Origin: Cylindrospermopsis raciborskii Cr2010 | Lineage (GTDB): Bacteria; Cyanobacteriota; Cyanobacteriia; Cyanobacteriales; Nostocaceae | NCBI RefSeq assembly: GCF_003367075.2 | Contig: NZ_CP065936.1 | Span: forward strand, 2,220,001 to 2,252,000 | Length of the DNA: 32,000 nucleotides | Direction of reading: 5' to 3' | Shown: positions 10,093 to 17,674 of the stretch, in pieces | How positions within the stretch are numbered: position 1 is the first letter of the stretch | How the letters are laid out: every line of letters begins with the position of its first letter | Made by a program: the position numbers and the translations under genes | The notes under the pieces: model-generated | Databases searched by the model: none | What the model saw: the letters and a program-made list of their open reading frames with translations, nothing else | What the model was told of the DNA's origin: nothing

Positions 10093-11220
10093 ATGAGAAA
10101 TATTGTGTACAAGTACCGATTAGCCAGAATAATGGTTAATTATTGGCTCTGTTTGTTATCCCTAAACTTATTAAGTTTCCTCTTCTTTTCCACATCTGTT
10201 GGGATTAAAGCAGTTTCAGCAAATGATTCCATAAGCGAGAATAATCAAGGATTATTGAACAAAAAAATAGACCCATCAAATGAAGAATCTATAAAGGTAA
10301 ACCATACTACCGAATTTATTGATAGTTTGAGAGAGACTGGTCAAAAAAGGGCTAATCAACCCTTACCCATCCAATCTCAAACTATCGCCCAACAGGTAGA
10401 TGCTGAACAAAAGATAGACGAGAAAATGGAGATTGTTCAGAATGCGGAAAAATTGGGTCGAGACCTATTAATTGAACCAGTCCTCCCTACAATTCCCAGA
10501 CCTGAACCAGTTCCCAAAAAACAAACATCACAACAGAAAAGCTCTCGAACCTATACACCCGGACTGAGTTTTGGTGCTCCCAGTGCTTTTGGTGCTAGTT
10601 GGGGTGACATATTTATAGGAGCGGGTGCTGCAACACCAGGTAAAAGTCGTGATGGTAATCCAGATGGGAGCATGACTGCTGGTTTTGGATTAGGCGATCC
10701 TTATAACCTGATTGGTTTAGAACTAGCATTTAACAACGGGAGTGTCAAAAATTTTGGTTACAATGGTACCTTTGACCTAAAAGCTCATCGCATTGTCTAC
10801 AGAAAAACAAACCATGCTATAGGTGTTGCTGCTGGTTGGAGAACTTTTGCTCAGTATGGTACTGAAGGTATAAGACCGTCTGGTGTTTACGGTGTGGTAA
10901 CCAGTTATTCTTTTTTACAACCTGATAACCCTGTTAATCCTATGGCCCTTTCTTTTTCCTTGGGAGCAGGAGGTGGTGACTTCCGACAGGGTAAAGATAC
11001 TACGGGACTATTTGCGGGTTTTGGTGTGCAAGTTCACCCCCAAATAGGAATGGGTATAGGTTGGAGTGGGGTAGGTTTAAATGCTGGTATATCCGTAGTT
11101 CCTCTAGCCAATATTCCCTTTGCAATCACAGCTCAGGGTGCAGATCTTACTGATAATAGTGTGGGTGGTAGGATACTTGTTCTCACGGTCGGTTATGGTT
11201 TCAATTTTGTCGGTAAGTAG
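10093..11220 (+). CDS. hypothetical secreted protein with C-terminal Gly/aromatic-rich predicted beta-barrel (putative small outer-membrane protein)
   Basis: N-terminal signal-like segment (...LLSFLFFSTSVGIKAVSA/ND) and a Pro/Gln-rich linker. These are followed by about 215 aa of alternating hydrophobic strands (AGFGLG, LIGLELAF, FDLKAHRIVY, IGVAAGWRTF, VYGVVTSYSF, LSFSLGAG, LFAGFGVQV, RILVLTVGYGFNF) ending in an aromatic-rich C-terminus. Confidence 0.5.
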   Translation: MRNIVYKYRLARIMVNYWLCLLSLNLLSFLFFSTSVGIKAVSANDSISENNQGLLNKKIDPSNEESIKVNHTTEFIDSLRETGQKRANQPLPIQSQTIAQQVDAEQKIDEKMEIVQNAEKLGRDLLIEPVLPTIPRPEPVPKKQTSQQKSSRTYTPGLSFGAPSAFGASWGDIFIGAGAATPGKSRDGNPDGSMTAGFGLGDPYNLIGLELAFNNGSVKNFGYNGTFDLKAHRIVYRKTNHAIGVAAGWRTFAQYGTEGIRPSGVYGVVTSYSFLQPDNPVNPMALSFSLGAGGGDFRQGKDTTGLFAGFGVQVHPQIGMGIGWSGVGLNAGISVVPLANIPFAITAQGADLTDNSVGGRILVLTVGYGFNFVGK

Positions 11221-11272
11221 AGCTATGGCTACGTAAGCAAATTGCTGTAACTTTTTAATTTGGAGACTAATC

Positions 11273-12025
11273 ATGTTGAACCTTAAAACTGTAATTTTTG
11301 TTCTTACTTTTACACCATTTATAGTGCTTTCTACCCAATTAACAGGTCGGGCTCAAGTCAGTTCTCCCAGTTTAGGGACAGCAGGATCTGTAAGCGGTGG
11401 TGGATCTACGGGTTCTGATAACAATCCCATTTCTGCTCCCAGTTTAGGGACAGCAGGATCTATGAGTGGTGGTGGATCTACAGGTTCTAATAGCGCTCCC
11501 AGTTTAGGGACAGCAGGATCCATGAGTGGTGGTGGATCTATAGGTTCCGATAACATTACCGTTATAGTTTCTACTAATAACTTACGGGAGTTAAGAAATG
11601 CTATTGGTCAACTAGTTTCTAGCGGTAGTGATTCTCTGTCACCGATTACTTTTTCATCCCTGAGAGCATCTTTAATTTCCGATGGTGTTTCCCCTGCGCA
11701 TATTGAGCAGCTAATAGTTTCTTTTTCTAGGGTATTATCTCAGCTGGGTGTTCCTAATACCAATTTTTCTGCCAACAACTTAAATCCGGAAAAATTAGTA
11801 GCGAGCACAAAAATTTTCAAACCTACTGTGACTATAGCTCAAGATAGTCTTGCTGAAGGTGAAATAGCTTTAATTTTGGATTCTAACAACTTGACAGAGG
11901 CAATCAATATCTATAATAGAATCGTCCTAGAAAGTGATGATCCAACCATTATTAAGCTATCACGTAACCAAGACTTTCTCAAAATTAGTAAGATTCTCAA
12001 AACCCTTCGTTCAGGTATTATATAA
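11273..12025 (+). CDS. secreted protein of unknown function, paralog A (Gly/Ser tandem repeats plus conserved C-terminal domain)
   Basis: Signal-like N-terminus (MLNLKTVIFVLTFTPFIVLSTQLTGRAQV) and three tandem S(S/A)PSLGTAGS(V/M)SGGGS(T/I)GS repeats. The remaining ~165-aa domain is collinear with ORF 12365..13012. Confidence 0.6.
   Translation: MLNLKTVIFVLTFTPFIVLSTQLTGRAQVSSPSLGTAGSVSGGGSTGSDNNPISAPSLGTAGSMSGGGSTGSNSAPSLGTAGSMSGGGSIGSDNITVIVSTNNLRELRNAIGQLVSSGSDSLSPITFSSLRASLISDGVSPAHIEQLIVSFSRVLSQLGVPNTNFSANNLNPEKLVASTKIFKPTVTIAQDSLAEGEIALILDSNNLTEAINIYNRIVLESDDPTIIKLSRNQDFLKISKILKTLRSGII
11361..11554. repeat. in-frame tandem repeat (units of 72 and 60 nt, three copies) inside paralog A
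   Basis: The core CTCCCAGTTTAGGGACAGCAGGATCTRTRAGYGGTGGTGGATCTAYRGGTTC recurs starting near 11364, 11436 and 11496. This also explains the spurious antisense ORF 11353..11556. Confidence 0.9.
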
Positions 12026-12364
12026 CTTGTTGATGATTGACTGAGAAATAATTTCTTTTTGTTTGAGCAAAGATTGTCAAATTAGATAGCGGGTAAATAA
12101 TAGCTCGCTATCCTTTAATTTTGTAAAAACTTAATCAGTTCCTAAGTCTCAATTGTAAAAAAACGGTCAAGATATTTATATACCTAGTCAGCTCTCCGGG
12201 ATTTTTAAAAATTGAGTGGTAGAAATTCCGGCGTTGCTGAATCATGGGATGATTTACCCAAATTTTCAACGATTTTTCAATGATTTCGGATGCCAGTTCA
12301 TCCCGCAAATATGCAACACCGAAATTCCATATCAAGCATCTGTTACTCAAGCAAGAGGATAACC

Positions 12365-13012
12365 ATGTTCAAAATCAAAACCTTGATTATTACATTGACT
12401 TTTTCACCTTTAATAGTTTTATTTCATCAGCTTACGAGTTTTGCCCAAGTTAGTTCACCTGATGCCAAGATGGTTGGAACTGCTAGTTCTACATCCGAGT
12501 CTGGCAAGATTCAAGAGAGTGCTACTGGTATTGACTCTAACCCAACTAATAATCAGGAAAAAATCACTCTTGTGGTTTCTGCTAATAACCTACGGGAGTT
12601 AAGAAATACCATCCAGGAATTGATTCCCAATAGTAGTGATTCTTTATCAGCAAGTGGCATTTTCTCCATCAGATCATCCTTAATCTCTGATGGAGTTTCA
12701 CCCTTGTATACTGATACGCTATTAGGGTTATTTGTAAAAGTTCTATCCCAGTTAGATATTCCTGGGAATAATTTTTCTGCTACCAACTTAAATGGAGAAA
12801 AATTGGTAGCCAGTACAAATCTGGTTCAAGATCATCTTGCGGAGGGTGAAACAGCGTTAATTTTGGATTATGACAATTTGATGCAGGTGATTGACATTTA
12901 TAACAAAATTGTTCTAGAAACTGACGACCCAACTATCATCAAGCTGTCACGTAATCCACATTTTCTCAAGATCAGCAAGATTCTGAAAACACTTAGAAGA
13001 GGTACTATATAA
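12365..13012 (+). CDS. secreted protein of unknown function, paralog B
   Basis: MFKIKTLIITLTFSPLIVLFHQLTSFAQV signal-like N-terminus. The C-terminal domain aligns residue for residue with paralog A (NNLRELRN, SLISDGVSP, LSQL, NFSA(N/T)NLN.EKLVAST, LAEGE.ALILD, DDPTIIKLSRN..FLKISKILKTLR.G). ATG at 12365 is preferred to the upstream start at 12290 in the track. Confidence 0.6.
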   Translation: MFKIKTLIITLTFSPLIVLFHQLTSFAQVSSPDAKMVGTASSTSESGKIQESATGIDSNPTNNQEKITLVVSANNLRELRNTIQELIPNSSDSLSASGIFSIRSSLISDGVSPLYTDTLLGLFVKVLSQLDIPGNNFSATNLNGEKLVASTNLVQDHLAEGETALILDYDNLMQVIDIYNKIVLETDDPTIIKLSRNPHFLKISKILKTLRRGTI

Positions 13013-13054
13013 TTTAATAATTCAGATAAGTGGGTTAGCGGTAAAGAACGTAGG

Positions 13055-13077
13055 TTGGGTTTCCTTCCTCAACCCAA
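13055..13077. repeat. short dispersed-repeat-like hairpin (GTAGGTTGGGTT...AACCCAA type)
   Basis: TTGGGTT-(9 nt)-AACCCAA embedded in cgTAGGTTGGGTTtccttcctcAACCCAAtat. It resembles the palindromic intergenic repeat common in Nostocales genomes, from memory and not verified. Confidence 0.4.
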
Positions 13078-13144
13078 TATGTGTTTTACTAGTTATGGTA
13101 GAATGTTTTTAAAAATGGGCGATTGTAAAGCACTGTCTGTGGGG

Positions 13145-13197
13145 GAGACCGGGAATTAATTCCCGGTCTCAAAGCGCAAGTCGGTTGAAAACCGACT
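13145..13197. repeat. double-hairpin element: 26-bp perfect palindrome plus a second stem-loop
   Basis: GAGACCGGGAATT|AATTCCCGGTCTC (13145-13170) is a perfect palindrome. After 8 nt comes AGTCGGTT-gaa-AACCGACT (13179-13197), followed immediately by a HIP1 site. Confidence 0.85.
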
Positions 13198-13344
13198 GGT
13201 TTTAGCGATCGCGCCTCAATTGCCACTATTCCATAAATCCCCAGTTTCTTCTCAAGGAAAAATCCTGAATTTGTTGAAGGGGGATCCTTTCAGGAATTGG
13301 GAGCGATGCTTGGCCCTCAACCGTCTTGTACCTATAATAAATAC

Positions 13345-13383
13345 GCGATCGTGGGATCCCCTAAAAAGCGTTAGAAGGTGAGA
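13345..13383 (+). promoter_or_regulatory. conserved upstream box, copy 1 (53 nt before the small ORF)
   Basis: GCGATCGTGGGATCCCCTAAAAAGCGTTAGAAGGTGAGA is near-identical to the box at 13793-13828. It contains the 8-bp palindrome GGGATCCC. Confidence 0.4.
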
Positions 13384-13436
13384 AGAGCAATCATTTTTGT
13401 TAGAATGGGGATCTAAAACTTATCTCGAGATTCAAC

Positions 13437-13718
13437 ATGACCCAATCAACCATCAGTGAAGATCGCCTCGATCGCATTGAGCAAAAACTAGATCACTTGT
13501 CTAATACTGTAGATCACTTGTCTAATACTGTAGATCACTTGTCTAATACTGTAGATCAGTTGTCCAGCACTGTGGGAAAGCTATCCGCAGACAATGAGAA
13601 ATTCAATGATCGTTTTAGTAACTATCAACAGGCCACCCAGTGGGTTGTGCAACTTGCCTTTACTTTGATTGCCAGTGCCACAATTACGATCATCATCACG
13701 TCGGTCTTACGAAAATAG
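13437..13718 (+). CDS. small coiled-coil protein with heptad tandem repeats and C-terminal TM anchor (XhlA-like architecture)
   Basis: 93 aa. RLDRIEQKLDHLSNTV DHLSNTV DHLSNTV DQLSSTV GKLS heptads, then a hydrophobic tail (WVVQLAFTLIASATITIIITSVL). Confidence 0.55.
   Translation: MTQSTISEDRLDRIEQKLDHLSNTVDHLSNTVDHLSNTVDQLSSTVGKLSADNEKFNDRFSNYQQATQWVVQLAFTLIASATITIIITSVLRK
13491..13574. repeat. 21-bp perfect tandem repeat x3 plus one degenerate copy, in frame
   Basis: GATCACTTGTCTAATACTGTA occurs at 13491, 13512 and 13533. The degenerate copy GATCAGTTGTCCAGCACTGTG is at 13554. Confidence 0.95.
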
Positions 13719-13792
13719 AATTTTATCTTAAAAACTTAAAAACGATTTCCCTTAAGTTTCACTAAGAATTGTGTTCCTTTCTGGAGTCGGAT

Positions 13793-13828
13793 GCGATCGC
13801 GGGATCCCCAAAAGCGATCGTTGTGAGA
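13793..13828 (+). promoter_or_regulatory. conserved upstream box, copy 2 (91 nt before the ATPase-nuclease ORF)
   Basis: GCGATCGCGGGATCCCCAAAAGCGATCGTTGTGAGA. Same order of sub-motifs as copy 1: HIP1-like half, GGGATCCCC, A-run, GCG, GTGAGA. Confidence 0.4.
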
Positions 13829-13919
13829 CTGGCATTTAGTAATTGCGTCCCGATTTATTCTCGGAAGATATAAAGTCAATAAACGATCGCTGCTTTCATA
13901 ATTATTAATTATTAAAACT

Positions 13920-15470
13920 ATGCCTAAACACTTTAACACTGCTGGCCCATGCCAATCCGATATCCACTATATGCTATCTCCCACAGCGCGACTGCCTGAG
14001 TTGAAAGCCTTAATTGATGGACGCAATTACTTTATCATCCATGCCCCGCGACAAGTGGGCAAAACCACTGCTATGATAGCCCTTGCCCAGGAATTAACTG
14101 CGAGTGGCCACTATACTTCTGTGATGCTGTCCTTAGAGGTGGGGGCACCTTTTTCCCAGGATCCGCACAAAGCCGAGCAGTCTATTTTAGCGGAATGGCG
14201 ACAGTCACTCCGCTTTCGGTTACCTCCAGATTTACAACCCACTGAATGGCCAGCGACGGAAAGTAGTTCTCAACTGAGCACCTTTTTGAGTAACTGGGCA
14301 GCAACGGCTGATCGTCCTTTAGCTGTTTTTCTGGATGAAATTGATGCACTTAGCGACGAAACATTAATATTTGTATTACGACAATTGCGTTCTGGTTTTC
14401 CTAATCGTCCTCACGGATTTCCCCATTCTTTGGGGTTAATTGGAATGCGAGATGTGCGGGATTATAAAGTAAAATCTGGGGGCAGTGAACGCCTAAATAG
14501 CGCCAGCCCTTTTAACATTAAAGCAGAGTCCTTAACCCTCTCTAATTTTAGTTTTGATGAAGTTCAAGAACTCTATTTACAACATACAGAAGCCACGGGA
14601 CAAATCTTCACTCCCGAAGCGATTCATCATGCCTTTTATTTAACCGATGGACAACCCTGGTTAGTTAATGCTTTAGCTCGTCAAGCTACAACTGTTTTAG
14701 TAAAAGATGTCAATCAACCTATTACGATTGATGTGATTAAACAAGCTAAGGAAATCCTTATTCAGCGTCAAGATACCCATTTAGATAGCCTTGCGGAAAG
14801 ACTGCGGGAAGATCGGGTTAAAGCGATTATTCAGCCTATATTAGCGGGATCAGACTTACCGGATACTCCAGAAGATGATCGCCGTTTTGTACTGGATTTA
14901 GGTTTACTGAAGCGTAGTTCTTTGGGTGGACTAACTATTGCCAATCCCATTTACCAGGAAGTGATTCCTCGCGTGTTATCTCAAGGTAGTCAGGATAGTT
15001 TGCCCCAAATTCAACCCAGTTGGTTAAACACCGACCATAGTTTAAATCCTGAAAAACTCTTAAATGCTTTTCTTGACTTCTGGCGACAACATGGAGAACC
15101 GTTACTGAAAAGTGTGCCCTACCACGAGATTGCCCCCCATCTGGTATTAATGGCATTCTTACACCGTATCGTGAATGGGGGCGGTACGTTAGAGCGAGAG
15201 TACGCGATCGGTTCGGGTCGCATGGATATTTGTTTACGCTATGGTGTGGTGGTGATGGGCATGGAACTGAAGGTGTGGAAACCTGGTAAGAAAGATCCAC
15301 TCCCCCAGGGACTCCAACAGTTAGATAAATATTTGGCAGGACTAGGACTGGATACGGGTTGGTTAGTGATTTTTGATCGTCGCCCTGATTTACCCCCCAT
15401 TGAAGAACGTACTACTACAGAAGAAGTGGTCAGTCCAGGGGGTAGAGCGATCATAGTGATTAGAGGTTAA
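13920..15470 (+). CDS. P-loop ATPase fused to a C-terminal PD-(D/E)XK-like nuclease domain
   Basis: 516 aa. N-terminal FNTAGPC...HYM motif, Walker A HAPRQVGKTT, Walker B LAVFLDEIDAL, and a C-terminal EREYAIGSGRMDICL...VMGMELKVWK (D...ExK). Noticeably GC-richer than neighbours: two hand-counted 60-nt lines gave about 50-53% GC. Confidence 0.7.
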   Translation: MPKHFNTAGPCQSDIHYMLSPTARLPELKALIDGRNYFIIHAPRQVGKTTAMIALAQELTASGHYTSVMLSLEVGAPFSQDPHKAEQSILAEWRQSLRFRLPPDLQPTEWPATESSSQLSTFLSNWAATADRPLAVFLDEIDALSDETLIFVLRQLRSGFPNRPHGFPHSLGLIGMRDVRDYKVKSGGSERLNSASPFNIKAESLTLSNFSFDEVQELYLQHTEATGQIFTPEAIHHAFYLTDGQPWLVNALARQATTVLVKDVNQPITIDVIKQAKEILIQRQDTHLDSLAERLREDRVKAIIQPILAGSDLPDTPEDDRRFVLDLGLLKRSSLGGLTIANPIYQEVIPRVLSQGSQDSLPQIQPSWLNTDHSLNPEKLLNAFLDFWRQHGEPLLKSVPYHEIAPHLVLMAFLHRIVNGGGTLEREYAIGSGRMDICLRYGVVVMGMELKVWKPGKKDPLPQGLQQLDKYLAGLGLDTGWLVIFDRRPDLPPIEERTTTEEVVSPGGRAIIVIRG

Positions 15471-15479
15471 TATGTCAAT

Positions 15480-16525
15480 TTAATTTTGAGTTTTATTATT
15501 TAAAAACCGACTCTCCGCTAACTGTCTTGATGCAGTTAGTGGAGTAATATTGTATTCTTTAGAAATTGCAAATACCTGTTTTAATGTATTATATATATTC
15601 CTCACTCTTGCCAAGGAACTTTCTTCACTTAGCCCTATCATGCCATCATAAACATGAATTAAACCTCCAGCGTTAATTACATAATCTGGACAATAGACTA
15701 TATTTCTATCTACTAATAGCTGACTATCTAATTCCTCATTCTCCAGTTGGTTGTTGGCTGCTCCTGCAATAATTTTAGCTTGCAATTTGGGAATGGTACA
15801 ACTATTAATGATCCCCCCTAAAGCACAGGGAGCAAATATATCAACATCTAATTCATAAATTTCTTCCACATCTACAATATTTACCGGATATAACTTCTCA
15901 ACTTCTGCCAGTTTATGATTAGATATATCGCTGACAAAAATTTCCACTTCCTGGTGGGATAAAATTTCACAAAGGTTTTTACCCACTTTGCCTACTCCTT
16001 GAATAGCCACTTTTAAGCCTTGGAGATTTTTCTTCCCCCAGTAAAAATCTACTGCTGCTTTCATCCCCGCTTCTACTCCCACTGCGGTAGGATAGCTAGA
16101 ACCACCGTATGTGGATATTAACCCAATCATATAGGGTGTTTTTTCACCTATTTTATGGGCATCTTCCCAGGAAATATTTACATCTTGTCCAGTAATAAAA
16201 CTCCCTCCAAAACTATTGACAAAACTTCCATAGGCATTAAATAACTTATCGGTTTTCTGTTCGGGATCTGCTATGATTACTGCTTTACCACCACCGGAAT
16301 ATTGGCACAAGCTGCTTTATAGGTCATGGCATAACTCAAACGCAGGACATCTTTGAGAGCATCTTCTTCTGTGGAATATGGCAATAATCTTGTCCCCCCT
16401 AGGGCTACCCCCGAACCTAAATTAGTATTGTGGATGGCGACAATAGCTTTCAATCCTGATTCTTGGTCATAACAGAATGTTACTTGCTTGTGTCCCATTT
16501 CAGCAATTTTTAAAAATATTTCCAT
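15480..16525 (-). pseudogene. Leu/Phe/Val dehydrogenase family gene (ScyB-like), split by a 1-nt frameshift
   Basis: ORFs 16277..16525 (MEIFLKIAEMGHKQVTFCYDQESGLKAIVAIHNTNLG...MTYKAACANIP) and 15480..16310 (...GGGKAVIIADPEQKTD...GVGKVGKNL...) are the two halves of one Glu/Leu/Phe/Val dehydrogenase. The frames join at ATTCCGGTGGTGG (about 16291-16300), where one extra base would restore ANIPGGGKAVII. Confidence 0.8.
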
Positions 16526-16552
16526 GGTATTTCCCTTACTCCTTATTGTGTT

Positions 16553-17674
16553 TTATTTCAAAGTTTGAGTAAATAGAGTTTTTAGTCTTTGTAAAGCTGG
16601 TGAAATATCATCTGCAGAAATTCTCACATCTAAAATGCTAAAATTTTCACTGTCTTTCGCTACACTCAAGGCTCTTCTTAGTTCTAATCCTGTATGAATT
16701 ACAAAGCCATTGCCTCCTAAAACTTTAGCCAAATCAGCATAGTCAATTGTACTAATATTTACGAAGTCCGCATCCTCATGTCCCATGGCTCTTAAAGAAG
16801 CAAAAGAACCATTATTAATAATAATTACTATGGGGTTCATTCCCAGTCTTTTAGCTGTTAATAGTTCCATTCCTGTCATTTGGAATGCACCATCACCAAC
16901 TAATGCCAACACCCGACGAAAGGGATCTGCTAATTGAGCACCTATTATTCCCGGAATGGCAAAACCCATGCTCGCATAAAAAGCGGGAGCTAAATAGCTT
17001 GTTCCTTGTTTGGTTTGAATATCATCTGCTGCAAATAAACTGTCTCCTACATCGGTAATAATTATGGTTTTATGATCAATAAATTGATTAATTTCATAAA
17101 TTAATCCACCCATAGATATATTATCTATTTTTTCCTCTACTCGCGGGTGCATCCTATAAGTATTTGGGAATTGAAAATGTGGTAAATGGGGATTTTTTAA
17201 TAGTCCCGCAATGAAGTCGGTAAATAAAATGTTCTGATATTCATGATGTTTAATAGCAATCCGTTCTGAGGTGGCAGATATGGTATGTTTTTGGTTAATA
17301 TGGGCAGTAAACATTCCTAGGTTAATATCTGTCATGAATACCCCTAACATTAATAAACAGTCGGATTCTTCCACTATTTTGTTAATATTTTCGTCTCCCG
17401 CTTCACCATTGTAAATCCCTAGATATTGGGGATGGGTTTCTGGAAATACTGATTTTCCTAACATGGTGGCACAAATCGGTACGCCCAATTTTTCTGCAAG
17501 TGCTAACAGTTCTACTTGTAACCCAAAACGGTGTACTTCCACACCCGCTATAATTACTGGTGATTTGGCTTTTTCTAGTATTTCTAATGTCTCTGATACC
17601 GCCTCCTTTAAAGTATCTCTATCCGTGTGCTTTATTGGTACTCGTTCATACTCCGCCTCCGGTAACTCCGCAAA
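16553..17674 (-). pseudogene. ThDP-dependent enzyme (alpha-keto-acid decarboxylase / acetolactate-synthase superfamily, ScyA-like position), 5'-truncated
   Basis: The middle and PP domains are present (KSPVIIAGVEVHRFGL..., LVGDGAFQMTGMELLTAKRLGMNPIVIIINNGSF). The reading frame stays open upstream of the GTG at 17542, back to an in-frame stop at 17675-17677. The entire ~175-aa N-terminal Pyr domain is missing, and tnpB-derived sequence replaces it. Confidence 0.75.

Noticed and set aside
11353-11556. 67-aa minus-strand ORF rich in Pro/Asp (…DPPPL.DPAVPKLG… repeated)
   Set aside because: It is the antisense reading of the in-frame Gly/Ser tandem repeat of paralog A. Its periodicity comes from the repeat itself, and the plus-strand ORF has a signal peptide and a conserved paralog.
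12135-12350. 71-aa minus-strand ORF in the spacer between the two paralogs
   Set aside because: No motif I can recognise. It overlaps the probable promoter/5' region of paralog B and the artificially extended plus-strand ORF. It could be a gene fragment, but I have no positive evidence.
13491-13574. Regularly spaced direct repeats considered as a mini CRISPR array (also 11361-11554)
   Set aside because: The repeats are contiguous with no spacers, in frame within ORFs, and encode heptad or Gly/Ser peptide repeats. No cas genes are in the window.
16277-16310. Possible programmed -1 ribosomal frameshift joining the two dehydrogenase ORFs
   Set aside because: There is no slippery X_XXY_YYZ heptamer at ATTCCGGTGGTGG and no obvious downstream pseudoknot. 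The partner gene in the operon is also destroyed. A simple 1-nt deletion (or a sequencing error) is the more economical explanation.
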